Shown here one piece after another: positions 10,444 through 20,641 of a stretch of 64,000 nt of DNA. Within the stretch, counting starts at the first letter, position 1; every line of letters starts with the position of its first letter. The translations under genes and the position numbers were made by a program. Source of the stretch: Nitrosopumilus sp. (GTDB taxonomy: Archaea > Thermoproteota > Nitrososphaeria > Nitrososphaerales > Nitrosopumilaceae); assembly GCA_965205215.1 (NCBI GenBank), contig OZ242041.1, positions 384,001-448,000 on the forward strand. Reading direction: 5' to 3'. Below the pieces are notes generated by a model, which was not told the origin of the DNA, searched no databases, and saw nothing but the letters and a program-made list of their open reading frames with translations.

Positions 10444-11139
10444 ATGCGCCGGCCTCGTCTTGTGGCCAGGCGGCAGGTAGAAAAGGTCTCGGCATCATTA
10501 TCGTCATCATCATCACCAGCATCATCATCATCATCTGCGACGCGCGCCACGCTGAGCGTGGTGATCCTCATATCCGGCAGGGGAAGCAACATGGAGGCGA
10601 TAATACGGGCCGTGCAGGCGGGCCGCATACCCAACGTCAGCGTAAGACGCGTCATATCAAACGTGGCCGATGCCCCCGGCATGGAGACGGCCCGGCGGCA
10701 TGGGATAGAATGCAGCGCCATATCCGACATGGGCGAACTGGCCACCAAGCTGCGGCAGCTAAAACCCGACATAGTCTGCATGGCCGGCTTTATGCGGATA
10801 GTGCCCCCCGAGATTGTCAGGGAGCACACCGTCCTGAACATACACCCGTCCCTGCTGCCGATGTATCCGGGGCTGCACGCGCAGAGGCAGGCGCTGGAGG
10901 ACGATGCAAAGTGGTCCGGATGCACCGTCCACTATGCAGACGAGGGGGTCGACACGGGCCCGATCATAGTGCAGTATGCGGTGCCGGTAAGGCCCGACGA
11001 TACCGAGGAATCCCTCTCAGGGAGGATACTCGAAAAGGAGCACGTGGCGTATCCCCACGCCGTAATGCTGGTCGCGGGGCGCATTGCAAGGGAGCGGGCG
11101 CAAGTGACTGGCGGGGGCGCCAGCACAAGGCAACGCTAG
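10444..11139 (+). CDS. purN: Phosphoribosylglycinamide formyltransferase
   Basis: LISGRGSNM, NIHPSLLP, GCTVH, VDTGPII; start uncertain (poly-Ser N-terminal extension). Confidence 0.92.
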   Translation: MRRPRLVARRQVEKVSASLSSSSSPASSSSSATRATLSVVILISGRGSNMEAIIRAVQAGRIPNVSVRRVISNVADAPGMETARRHGIECSAISDMGELATKLRQLKPDIVCMAGFMRIVPPEIVREHTVLNIHPSLLPMYPGLHAQRQALEDDAKWSGCTVHYADEGVDTGPIIVQYAVPVRPDDTEESLSGRILEKEHVAYPHAVMLVAGRIARERAQVTGGGASTRQR

Positions 11140-11170
11140 GTTAAAAACGCACACCGGCCTCAACACGGCG

Positions 11171-12343
11171 ATGGAAGAGGCCCCCTCGTACGTGCTGGTC
11201 TTTCCAACCGTATTTGCACGGAAGAGAATCCCGCAGCTGACTGCAAATATCAAGACAATCCTGAGAATACGCGGGCAGGAGTTCAGGTCGGTTGGCCGCG
11301 ACGGCGACATCATACTGGTGCACGCAAACGACCCGGTCTTTGCATCGTCTGCCATAGGGCTGCTGTTCGGGGTCAGGAAGGTGGCCATAGCAAGAAGGGC
11401 CGGCAACGGCCTCGACGAGCTGGTCTCCAAGATTGTGTCGGTGGGCGGCAACCTCCTGCTGAGGGGGGAACGGTTTCTGGTTACGGTGGAGGGCACCACG
11501 AAGGGGTTCATCGCAAAGGATGCCGAGGTGGCCGCCACGTCAAGAATCATAGAGAGAAAGGAGGAGTTGGGGGCGGTTCCCGGGACCGAGAGCAGGTTTG
11601 ACAGGGAGATCTACGCGTACGTGACGCCAAGGAACGCGTACGTCTGCATATTTTCGGACGGGGGCGCGGGGGGCGTGCCGACCCAGCGGGACGGCCGGAA
11701 GGATGCGGCGTGCGCCGTATATGACGAGCTGTCCGCCGCGTCGTGCCTTGAGTGCATGCGCCAAGGATACGACGTCTCGATAACCGTCTTTTACAAGAAC
11801 AGGGCGGGGCTGCTGAACCTGGCAAGGCTGCTGAACCGGCTGATTCCAAGGATGCTGAGGCAGGAGATCGAGCTGGAGTTTGTAAGGATGGGCGGCGGCG
11901 GTAGCCGGGGCCGCGGAGGCCGCGGCGTCGGTGGAAAGTACCAGGCCTTCGTCGGGGCCGTCACCGGCGCCATGCAGGCCATGCAGGGGCCGGGCTCCAG
12001 AATGGCGCTTGCCACACCCCCCGCCGCGTTTCCGGCCGACGTCGTGGACGCCCACGTGCTGTACGTAACCGAGCACGGCATGATGCCGCTCGTGCCCCTT
12101 GTAGGAACGGGCGAGGACGGCATCTACGGAATCGCGCGCGAACTGGTGCTGGGGGACGCCGGCGTCAAGAGGCTGGAAAAGGAGATCGCAATGGCGGCCA
12201 CGGCCGGAGGGACGGCCGACGCAGGGTGGCAGGACGGCACGGTCAGGGCGGAGCCGGCCCAAAAGGTCACCGTCCGGGTGGGCGCAAACAACACGCACGA
12301 CATTCTCGACTCGCTGTATCCGGAATCATCCGGATCGTCCTAG
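11171..12343 (+). CDS. THUMP-domain/ThiI-like protein
   Basis: N-terminal THUMP-like region (LLFGVRKVAIA...FLVTVEG), degenerate C-terminal domain. Confidence 0.65.
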   Translation: MEEAPSYVLVFPTVFARKRIPQLTANIKTILRIRGQEFRSVGRDGDIILVHANDPVFASSAIGLLFGVRKVAIARRAGNGLDELVSKIVSVGGNLLLRGERFLVTVEGTTKGFIAKDAEVAATSRIIERKEELGAVPGTESRFDREIYAYVTPRNAYVCIFSDGGAGGVPTQRDGRKDAACAVYDELSAASCLECMRQGYDVSITVFYKNRAGLLNLARLLNRLIPRMLRQEIELEFVRMGGGGSRGRGGRGVGGKYQAFVGAVTGAMQAMQGPGSRMALATPPAAFPADVVDAHVLYVTEHGMMPLVPLVGTGEDGIYGIARELVLGDAGVKRLEKEIAMAATAGGTADAGWQDGTVRAEPAQKVTVRVGANNTHDILDSLYPESSGSS

Positions 12344-12390
12344 GGCATCAGGCAGATCACAATTTAAACGGGCAGTGGTCTTGGCGCCTC

Positions 12391-13677
12391 ATGCGCAAGA
12401 TAGGACAGTTCATCTACCCGTGGGGGGGCGGCCACTATTCTAGAATGATGAGGTTTGACAGGGCGCTGGCGGACCGGATGGGCGGCGATGGGGCGGCGGA
12501 GGTGCATTACTCAAGCAAGGGCCGCATATACCAGAGGCTTCTTGAGCGCTTTGGGGCGGCGGAGGGCCAAACCGACAGAATACACGAGATCCTGATGCCG
12601 ACCCCCATAGACGGCGACATGGGCCCCAGCCTCTCAAGGTCGCTTGCAAACCTGCTGCTCCCGGTGGAGGGAAACCCGGCCCTCGTATCGCAGATCGCCA
12701 ACTACCTGCGCCAGGAGCGCAGGCTGTACGACACGCAAAAGTTTGATCTGGTGGTAAACGACGGCGACGTGGGCTCAAACATACTTGCAAGCAACAGGGA
12801 CATACCGTGCCTGTTCGTCACAAACCAGTTCAAGCCCAGACTGTACAGAACGCGGGCGTACCTGTACCCCGCGGTCGGATTCATAGCAAAGCAGATAGCA
12901 AAGGCCACCAAGATTCTGGTGGCCGACTCACCGCCGCCGCACACCATATGCGAGCACAACCTCAACTTTCCAGACGAGGTCGAGAGGGAAAAGGTCGTGT
13001 ACGTGGGCCACTTTACGGAGGACCGCGGCGGAGACGGAGGCGCAGGACCGACTGCAGCAGCAGAGAAACGGTCCGACACGAACCTGGCCAGGCTGCTTGG
13101 GCAGAACGGCACGGGGGGCTTTGGGTACTGGATGCGCACGGGCAACAAGTCCACCAACGACGGGACCGGCAGGAGGTACGAGGAGGCCTTTGCAAGGGAC
13201 GAGATGAGGGCAGAGCGCAGGATAATCTCGCATGCAAGAAACGACGGCAGCATCGACTCGGTGACTGATGCGGACGGCAGAAGGTACACCATAGCAGAGG
13301 CCGCCGACAGGGGGGTAGACTGGATCCAGATCGACGTGGGTTTTCTGGCCGAGGGCGACAAGGACACGGTGCTTGGCGCGTGCGACTATGCCGTGATCAA
13401 CGGCTCGCACACGGTAATGGGCGAGATAATGGGAGGCAAGGCAAAGCCCATCATAGGGGTCCCCATATACGACGAGCACACGAACAACATAAGATGGGCC
13501 CACGAGCGCGGACTTGGCGCCCTGGCAAACAACACGGGACAGATCATCGAGGCCATACGCGACATAAGGCGCAACAGATCCGAGTATGCAGACAGGCTGT
13601 CAGAGTTCTCCAGGAACTTTGACGGGGGCGGGGCCCAGAACGCGGCCAAGATCGCGGCTGACATCCTCGGGGAATAG
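12391..13677 (+). CDS. GT-B glycosyltransferase (family 28-like)
   Basis: GGGHYSR, NGSHTVMGE, GVPIYDEH. Confidence 0.8.
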   Translation: MRKIGQFIYPWGGGHYSRMMRFDRALADRMGGDGAAEVHYSSKGRIYQRLLERFGAAEGQTDRIHEILMPTPIDGDMGPSLSRSLANLLLPVEGNPALVSQIANYLRQERRLYDTQKFDLVVNDGDVGSNILASNRDIPCLFVTNQFKPRLYRTRAYLYPAVGFIAKQIAKATKILVADSPPPHTICEHNLNFPDEVEREKVVYVGHFTEDRGGDGGAGPTAAAEKRSDTNLARLLGQNGTGGFGYWMRTGNKSTNDGTGRRYEEAFARDEMRAERRIISHARNDGSIDSVTDADGRRYTIAEAADRGVDWIQIDVGFLAEGDKDTVLGACDYAVINGSHTVMGEIMGGKAKPIIGVPIYDEHTNNIRWAHERGLGALANNTGQIIEAIRDIRRNRSEYADRLSEFSRNFDGGGAQNAAKIAADILGE

Positions 13678-14124
13678 GGATAATAAGACGCGGCGCATGG
13701 CCGACGTAGGTCCGGCGCGCGGCAATGTTCGATGGGCGAACGGACCGAAAGGGATGACGAGATGAGCCGCGCGTTGGACTGTCCATTATTATTATTATTA
13801 TCATTATTGGAGATGGCCACAAATGCCTAATTTGCGCACGAATCCACGCGTTCCGCATCATTAGATGGGCTGCGCCGTTTTTGAAAGCTGTAAGAAGGGG
13901 GCAACGGCCATGCGCCGGTTACAGTCCTTAGGGAGCGCCGAGCAGATCCCAGACCGTCCAAAAATATGTGGACATAAAATTAGGGTGCGGCCAATACCGA
14001 CGGGCCGCGCCAAATTTTGATGCGGCCCTTCGGGCGCGTCCGATCTGGCAAGCCGCGAAACGGTACCCGCGTCCGAACCGCTATCGGTAAGGCTTTTTAA
14101 GGAAAAAATTTGGCGTCAAGATAC

Positions 14125-14433
14125 ATGCCCAACTGTCCAGAATGCGCGGCAAAGGAGAAGAGGAAGATACAGGAGCGGTACGAGGAGGAGACGCCCGAGG
14201 AGGACAGGGGCAGGGACGACCTGTACAAGCTGTTCGACCAGATCGAGATCCCCATGAAGCTCGACACGGCCACAAAGCACTTCATATGCAAGCGGTGCGG
14301 ACTGTACGCCACGAGGGAGCAGGTGTCGGACATCAGGTACAAGCTGAACCAGCGTGAGAAGACGCGCGAGGACAGGCAGGATGACTACCTGAACTGGTGG
14401 CAGAAGAGCAAAAAGGAAAAGCAGGAAGAGTAA
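14125..14433 (+). CDS. Small zinc-binding hypothetical protein
   Basis: CPEC and CKRC pairs; TATA-like box upstream. Confidence 0.75.
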   Translation: MPNCPECAAKEKRKIQERYEEETPEEDRGRDDLYKLFDQIEIPMKLDTATKHFICKRCGLYATREQVSDIRYKLNQREKTREDRQDDYLNWWQKSKKEKQEE

Positions 14434-14804
14434 TGCCAGACGAGCTTCCTGACTGGGTAGTCAGCGACATCGAGAATGCTGAGTTTACGGACGCCAGAAG
14501 GGTGGACGGGACGGGGGTCATACTGGAGCTGTATGACAAGGACAACAAGGCCGACGTGCAGCTGTACGAGCCGGTGGAGGACGGAAGGCACATCATTACG
14601 ATGGACGTGCCTGCCGGCACCGATACGAAGATCTTGGAGAAGGGCATGGTGTACTGCTTTGTATTTGAGCAGCACAAGGCCCCGCTTGGCAAAAAGACAG
14701 TCGAGTACCTGCTGAATGAAAAGGGCATAGAGATGGACGCAATCTACAGGTTCGGGCTGCAGTCGCTGGAGGCAGTCGACGCGGGCGGGGCGGCCGGCGA
14801 CTAG
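14433..14804 (+). CDS. Hypothetical protein
   Basis: Translationally coupled (TAATG) to upstream ORF; protein-like composition. Confidence 0.75.
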   Translation: MPDELPDWVVSDIENAEFTDARRVDGTGVILELYDKDNKADVQLYEPVEDGRHIITMDVPAGTDTKILEKGMVYCFVFEQHKAPLGKKTVEYLLNEKGIEMDAIYRFGLQSLEAVDAGGAAGD

Positions 14805-14853
14805 GCGGCCGGCGACGGACAGGGGGGAGACGCGACGGACAGGCGGCGCGCTG

Positions 14854-15657
14854 CTAGCGCATGTATTTTTTGAACGCCCTTCCAAGTATGGGGTTTATCA
14901 CGAACGGAAACGTGTGCTTGAGCCACACCGCGGCGCGGACGGGCGGCGGCACTATGATCTCGAGCCTTGGCGAGCCTGCGGCCTGCAGCACGGCCTTGGC
15001 GACGGTGCCGGGGCCCAGCGAGGCGGCCGGGCTGCGCGGCACATTCTCAAAGCACGGATGATCAAAGAACTCGGTCCTGACCATTATGGGGCTGACCACC
15101 GTTACGCCCACGCCGGTCCCCCTCAGCTCGTGCTTCAGCCCCTCGGAGAACCCCAGCATCGCAGACTTGGAGGCGCAGTACGGCGCGATGCCGGGCAGCC
15201 CAAAGCTCGCGGCAACCGACGCCACGTTGACTATGTGTCCCGAGCCCCTCTCGAGCATGCTGGGCAGCAGCCCCTTCGTGCAGTATACCATCCCAAGGTA
15301 GTTGGTCTGCATCTGCGACTCGATGTCCTCGACTGACAGCGCGGACACGGCCCCGCTGATCGCAAAGCCCGCGTTGTTCACCAGAACGTCGATATCCGAG
15401 AACTCGTCGAGCGCCAGGCGGGTCATGCGCGAGACCTGCTCCCTTTGCGACACGTCGCACTGGTACGCCTTGGCGCGGACGCCGTATCTGGATTCGAGCG
15501 AGGACGCGGCGGCATCAAGCACGTCCTTTCTCCTTGCCACCAGGGCCAGGTTGGCGCCCCCGCGCGCAAACTGTATCGCGGACTCCCTGCCTATCCCGGA
15601 TGAAGCGCCAGTGACAAGGACCGTCTTGCCGGTGAAATCCACAATGTCGTAATACAT
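14854..15657 (-). CDS. Short-chain dehydrogenase/reductase
   Basis: TGASSGIG, NNAG, YCASK. Confidence 0.92.
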   Translation of the reverse strand: MYYDIVDFTGKTVLVTGASSGIGRESAIQFARGGANLALVARRKDVLDAAASSLESRYGVRAKAYQCDVSQREQVSRMTRLALDEFSDIDVLVNNAGFAISGAVSALSVEDIESQMQTNYLGMVYCTKGLLPSMLERGSGHIVNVASVAASFGLPGIAPYCASKSAMLGFSEGLKHELRGTGVGVTVVSPIMVRTEFFDHPCFENVPRSPAASLGPGTVAKAVLQAAGSPRLEIIVPPPVRAAVWLKHTFPFVINPILGRAFKKYMR

Positions 15658-15755
15658 GGCGGGGATAAAGTGGTTTTGCCGGCGGTGCGCCTCTCACGCG
15701 GCGGCCCTTGCGGCGCCTCCTTGCACGTGACGCCGCGCCGCAGGGGAACGGCGGT

Positions 15756-16361
15756 TCACGCGCGGAGGCGCCCCAGTATGTAGTCGGATCTGAGCAGGTA
15801 CCGAATCTTCACGGACTCTTCTATCTCTTTTTGCTGCGCGTCGGATCCCCGGAACACCACGCACATCAGATGGTCGCACTCGTATCCCGCGTCGCGGATT
15901 ATATCTACCGCCCTGAGCGCCGAGCCGCCGCTTGTAACCACGTCCTCCACCACGACTGCAGGCGACTCTATCACGCCCTCTATCATCTTCTGCGTCCCGT
16001 GCCCCTTGCGGCCCTTCCTTACGAAAAAGGACGGCAGCGACGGCGACGACGGATCCCGCCTGTGGAGCTGCCCGCTCAGGTGCGATATGGCCGCGGCAAT
16101 AGAGATTGAGCCGGACTCTATGCCGCCCACCGACCGCGGCGCGCCCATCCGCACCATCATGTCATACAGGGCCGCGGACACGGCGCCTATGCCGTCCGGA
16201 TCGCCGCACAGCAGCCTGAGATCAAAATAGTGGTCTGACATCTCGCCCGATGCCAGCCTGAACTCCCTCCTGTCAGAGAGCCTCAGGGCCCCCGTCCTTT
16301 GCAGAATCGCGACGAGCTCGTCCCTCCCGCCGCCGGGATCGCTTGCTGGCGCGTCGGACAT
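15756..16361 (-). CDS. pyrE: Orotate phosphoribosyltransferase
   Basis: FRLASG..SDHYFD, VRK..KGHG, VVEDVVTSGGS. Confidence 0.88.
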   Translation of the reverse strand: MSDAPASDPGGGRDELVAILQRTGALRLSDRREFRLASGEMSDHYFDLRLLCGDPDGIGAVSAALYDMMVRMGAPRSVGGIESGSISIAAAISHLSGQLHRRDPSSPSLPSFFVRKGRKGHGTQKMIEGVIESPAVVVEDVVTSGGSALRAVDIIRDAGYECDHLMCVVFRGSDAQQKEIEESVKIRYLLRSDYILGRLRA

Positions 16362-16449
16362 CGCGTAACGGCGCGTCATTTTCAATTAAAGTATTCTCCG
16401 GCGGCGGCGCCGCAGGCCCGCCGCGCGGCAGGCAGAGGGGCACAGGGCC

Positions 16450-17496
16450 CTAGTCTCCGCCGGGGCCGCCCGCGGCCGCCTGCGGGTTGCGGGACACACG
16501 GCTGAGCGCCAGCTTGACTAGCAGCAGCCAGGTGATCACAATCGGCACGTAATACGTGGCGATGCGCCACCCGATGACCGCGTCCCATGCCAGGGTGTCC
16601 GTCCCGGCGCCCGCCTGCAGGTTGAACGGGTCCAGGTTGTACAGGTACGCCACTATCCCAAACTCTGCCAAGCCGGAGCCGCCCACCGTAATCGGCAGGT
16701 TTCCTATCGCGTTTGCCGCCATCACGGCCATTATCGACTCAAACGCCCCGATTACATAGCCGGGCCCCATCGATATTATCATGAAGGATATGCCGTAAAA
16801 CGACCACGACGCAAGCGAGATCAGGAACGACACTACAAACACCTTCTTTGCCTCCGGCGTCCTGAGGTGCTGCCTGCTCATGCTGCAGATCTCCTCCATC
16901 CAGGTGTTGGTCTCCTTGACGTACTTGGCCGCCTTCTCCTTGCCGAGCCTGACCGAGAACGACGCCAGGACGCGCGGCACCTGGAACGTGCGCTTGGATG
17001 AGAGCAGGAACAGCACCATCCACAGCGTGGTCACGAATATGCTGGTGCCAAGCACGATGGCCGCCACCAGGTACGCCCCGCTTGCGAGCGCTATGATGCC
17101 GGCCGCGATGGAGAGCAGCCCCCCCGCCAGCACCTCCGTTACTATATCCATGATGGCAATCCAGGTCGACTTTGAGGGCTTTACGCCCTTCTTGTGCAGG
17201 TAGTATATCACGATGAACTCGGCGCCCACGAACATCGGGGTGGTGAACTTTATGAACTCGGAGCCGACCCTGACGCCGGTCAGCCTCAGCACGGAGTCAA
17301 ACCCCGCAAGGTACCTGCGCGTGATGTACGCGAATTTTATCCCCTGCAGCCCGAGCTTTGCCATCATGGCCGCCACCGCCCCCACAAACGGCACTATCCC
17401 TATGGCGAGGACGTCGTCCAGCTCTATGTCGAACTGGACGGCTATGATGACTATGGGTATGAGCGTAACGGGCACCACTGCCAGCCTCCAGTTCAT
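16450..17496 (-). CDS. Flippase-like (lysylphosphatidylglycerol synthase TM / AglD2-type) membrane protein
   Basis: Multiple TM helices, TPMFVGAE, PITVGGSGLAE, WRIATYY. Confidence 0.8.
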   Translation of the reverse strand: MNWRLAVVPVTLIPIVIIAVQFDIELDDVLAIGIVPFVGAVAAMMAKLGLQGIKFAYITRRYLAGFDSVLRLTGVRVGSEFIKFTTPMFVGAEFIVIYYLHKKGVKPSKSTWIAIMDIVTEVLAGGLLSIAAGIIALASGAYLVAAIVLGTSIFVTTLWMVLFLLSSKRTFQVPRVLASFSVRLGKEKAAKYVKETNTWMEEICSMSRQHLRTPEAKKVFVVSFLISLASWSFYGISFMIISMGPGYVIGAFESIMAVMAANAIGNLPITVGGSGLAEFGIVAYLYNLDPFNLQAGAGTDTLAWDAVIGWRIATYYVPIVITWLLLVKLALSRVSRNPQAAAGGPGGD

Positions 17497-17599
17497 TGCA
17501 AAAAACCCTAGAAATGGAAAATATGAACTAAATTATTACGCAGGCACGGGCGGCGGCCCTGCAAGCTTTGAATAAAGGGCGGCAGGCACGGCAGTCCAG

Positions 17600-18358
17600 T
17601 TGAAGTCCGTCTTTATATCCGGGACCGCCGGAAGCGGCAAGTCCCTCCTCACCTCAAAGCTACACGAATACTATACGAGAAACGGCGCGTTTGCGGCCAT
17701 CCTGAACCTGGACGCGGGCGTCGAGAGCCTGCCTTACGCGTGCGACATAGACGTCAGGGACCACGTCGACCTAGTGTCCATAATGCGGCAGTACGACCTG
17801 GGGCCCAACGGCTCGCTGATAATGGCAAGCGATCTGATAGCCTCCAAGGTGGACGACATACGGGCGCAGGTCGACGACGTGAACCCGGACTATCTCATAG
17901 TGGACACGCCGGGCCAAGTCGAGCTGTTCGCGTACCGCTCAAGCGGGGGGTACGTGGTCGACAACATATCGGCGGGGGAGAAGACCAGCATCTTTCTGTT
18001 TGACGGCGCCCTGATCACCACGCCGGTCAACTTTGTGTCAATAGCCCTGCTCTCCACCTCCATAAGGCTACGGCTCGGGCTGCCCGCCATAAACGCGGTC
18101 ACCAAGACGGACCTGATAGGCCCAAAGATCAGGGAGATACTCAGGTGGTCCTCCAGCCTCAGCTCGCTTGAGGACGCGGTCGCGGCCGAGTCCGACGGCG
18201 AGACGTACACGCTTACCAGCAGCATACTGCGCGGGCTCAACATAGGCGGGTTTGCGCAGGGGCTTGTCCCGGTATCTAACGTGACCGGCGACGGGCTGGT
18301 AACCCTGGAGGGGGCGCTCAGCAGAATACTTAACAGAGGAGAGGAGGTGGAGGACTGA
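17600..18358 (+). CDS. GPN-loop GTPase
   Basis: GTAGSGKS, LGPNG, DTPGQVE, TKTD. Confidence 0.9.
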   Translation: MKSVFISGTAGSGKSLLTSKLHEYYTRNGAFAAILNLDAGVESLPYACDIDVRDHVDLVSIMRQYDLGPNGSLIMASDLIASKVDDIRAQVDDVNPDYLIVDTPGQVELFAYRSSGGYVVDNISAGEKTSIFLFDGALITTPVNFVSIALLSTSIRLRLGLPAINAVTKTDLIGPKIREILRWSSSLSSLEDAVAAESDGETYTLTSSILRGLNIGGFAQGLVPVSNVTGDGLVTLEGALSRILNRGEEVED

Positions 18359-18427
18359 CATGATAGCAGCAGCAAGGTCACGGCCTCCGGCACGCGGCGG
18401 GGCGGCGGCGGCGGCGGCGGCGGAGAG

Positions 18428-19447
18428 GTGAACGGCTTGGGCGCCACCACAAGGGCCCCGCGCGCCGCGAAGGGGACGCGGAAGAAGGCGAGGGCGTACT
18501 GCAGCTCGGCAAACCTAGGCCCCGGCTTTGACGCGTTCGGGCTTGCGCTCGACGCGTTTTACGACGAGGTCTCAGTATCCATAGCGGGACGGAACTCGGG
18601 GGCCGGCAGGATATCCATCACAAGCACGGGCTCCAGGAGGGGGGGTCCGGGCAGGACCGCGCCCCTGCCGCCTGCGGACCCCGACTCGAACACGGCGGGG
18701 TTGGTGGCAAGGCACATGCTCAAGGGGCGCGGCATAACTGACGACATCAAGATAGCAATCAGGAAGGGCGTCCCCACGGGGCTGGGGCTTGGAAGCAGCG
18801 CGGCGTCGGCCGCGGCCGCCGCGGTAGCGTGCGACAGCTTGTTCGGCCTGGGCTTGCCCCCGGCCGAGCTCGTGGCCGCGGCCGGCGAGGGCGAGAGGGC
18901 GAGCGCGGGCACCGTACACTACGACAACGTGGCGGCCTCGGTCATGGGCGGGTTCGTGGTGGTCAGGCCCGGCAGCCCCATGGCACTGGCCGGATTCAGG
19001 CCGTCCCCGAGGCTGCGGTTTTGTGTGGCAATCCCTACAATAAAGGTCCCAGACAAAAAGACGGCCGTCTCAAGGGGAGTGCTCCCCAGAAAGGTGCCGC
19101 TCGGGGACAGCGCAACCAACACGGCAAACGCGGCGCTGCTTGCAGCGGCCTTGGCGACGGGGGACAACAGCATGCTTGGCTCCGGGATCACAACGGACGC
19201 GATAGCAGAGCCCGCAAGAAAGCACATGATACCGGGCTTTGATCGCGTCAAGGAGGCCGCGCTCGGGGCGGGCGCAAAAGAGGTGATGATAAGCGGGGCG
19301 GGCCCCTCCGTCATATCAATAACGACCGGCGCGCCCAGAACGCAGCAGAAGATAACGGCCGCGATGTCGGCCGGGTTCAGGTCCGCGGGTGTCCCGTGCA
19401 GGACCGTTGTCTGCAGGCCCGCAGGGGGGGCAAGGATAGTATCCTAG
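18428..19447 (+). CDS. thrB: Homoserine kinase
   Basis: SSANLGPGFD, GLGSSAA, HYDNVA, ISGAGPS. Confidence 0.93.
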   Translation: MNGLGATTRAPRAAKGTRKKARAYCSSANLGPGFDAFGLALDAFYDEVSVSIAGRNSGAGRISITSTGSRRGGPGRTAPLPPADPDSNTAGLVARHMLKGRGITDDIKIAIRKGVPTGLGLGSSAASAAAAAVACDSLFGLGLPPAELVAAAGEGERASAGTVHYDNVAASVMGGFVVVRPGSPMALAGFRPSPRLRFCVAIPTIKVPDKKTAVSRGVLPRKVPLGDSATNTANAALLAAALATGDNSMLGSGITTDAIAEPARKHMIPGFDRVKEAALGAGAKEVMISGAGPSVISITTGAPRTQQKITAAMSAGFRSAGVPCRTVVCRPAGGARIVS

Positions 19448-20218
19448 ATGGTGATGGCGGCGGCGGCAATGCGCGTGAAGACTAGGGGGAGAGGCACAGG
19501 GAGCCGGAAGAAGGGGGGCGGCACAGGGAACCGCACGCCAAGAAGGGCGGTCGTGGTGTTCAGCGGCGGGATGGACTCGACGTGCGTGGCCTCGATGCAG
19601 GCGGCAGAGTATGATGAGGTGTACGGCATAACGTTCTCGTACGGCCAGAGGGCGGGCCCCGAGCTGGACGCGGCCAGGAGGCTGGCAAGGAGGCTGCGAC
19701 TGAAGCGGCACAGGATAGTTGACATCGGCTTTATGAGGGGGCTGTACGGCGACTCGAACGTCCTGACAAGCTCAAAGAACGAATTGCCGGGCTCCTTCGA
19801 GTACTCTATTGTGGTGCCGATCAGAAACGCAGTCTTTCTCTCGATCGCGTCCGCATGGGCGTTCTCGATCGGGGCGACGCGCGTCGCGTACGGGGCCCAT
19901 ACCGGCGACGCGCACTATCCGGACTGCAGGCCCGCGTTTGCCAGAAGACTCCAGGCCGCGTTCAACGCCGGCGAGTCGGACGGGATAAGGCTGGGCGTGC
20001 GGCGCGAGATAGAGATATGGTCCCCGTACTCGGCGGGGATTGGAAAGAGGGAGCTGGTAAGGCTGGGGGCCGACGCGCTCGGGGACCGCATATATGAGAC
20101 GTGGAGCTGCTATGCGGGCAGAAGGCGGCAGTGCGGCAGGTGCGAGTCCTGCATGAACCGCAGGCGCGCCTTTGCGGACGCCGGCATCGCGGACAAGACG
20201 GCGTACCAGAACAGCTGA
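19448..20218 (+). CDS. queC: 7-cyano-7-deazaguanine synthase
   Basis: FSGGMDS, YGQR, VPIRN, YPDCRP, TWSCY..CGRCESC. Confidence 0.93.
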   Translation: MVMAAAAMRVKTRGRGTGSRKKGGGTGNRTPRRAVVVFSGGMDSTCVASMQAAEYDEVYGITFSYGQRAGPELDAARRLARRLRLKRHRIVDIGFMRGLYGDSNVLTSSKNELPGSFEYSIVVPIRNAVFLSIASAWAFSIGATRVAYGAHTGDAHYPDCRPAFARRLQAAFNAGESDGIRLGVRREIEIWSPYSAGIGKRELVRLGADALGDRIYETWSCYAGRRRQCGRCESCMNRRRAFADAGIADKTAYQNS

Positions 20219-20249
20219 CTCAGATGCGGAAGGGGCGTGCGGCGCGCCT

Positions 20250-20501
20250 CTAGTAGGTGTTCCGCAGGATCTTCTTTCGGAGCACGAGCCCCCTTATCCC
20301 GATATACCAGGCCAAGAATATCAGGCCCACTATCCCCATGAAGAGGTAGTTCTGCACGTCGGGCGCCAGCTCCTCGACGGAGTTGGTGATCTCGCGGGAC
20401 ACCAGCATGGAGGCCGCCAGCACTATGCCAAACTCAATCGCGTACCATATCCAGTTCGGCCACGACTCGCGGGGTACGTGTGCATAGGGAGGCAGGGTCA
20501 T
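20250..20501 (-). CDS. Small two-TM hypothetical protein
   Basis: Two hydrophobic helices; AT-rich promoter upstream. Confidence 0.7.
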   Translation of the reverse strand: MTLPPYAHVPRESWPNWIWYAIEFGIVLAASMLVSREITNSVEELAPDVQNYLFMGIVGLIFLAWYIGIRGLVLRKKILRNTY

Positions 20502-20641
20502 GGGGGTGCTCTCTGGCCTGATTATTTAATGATTAAGTTTCAGATGTGGGGGACACGCCAGTAGGCAACGGCCCGTGGAGCGGCGGCGAAGAGAGTACAT
20601 TAAGGCCCGGGCCGACAAGATGATGGCCGGAGATAGTTGAC

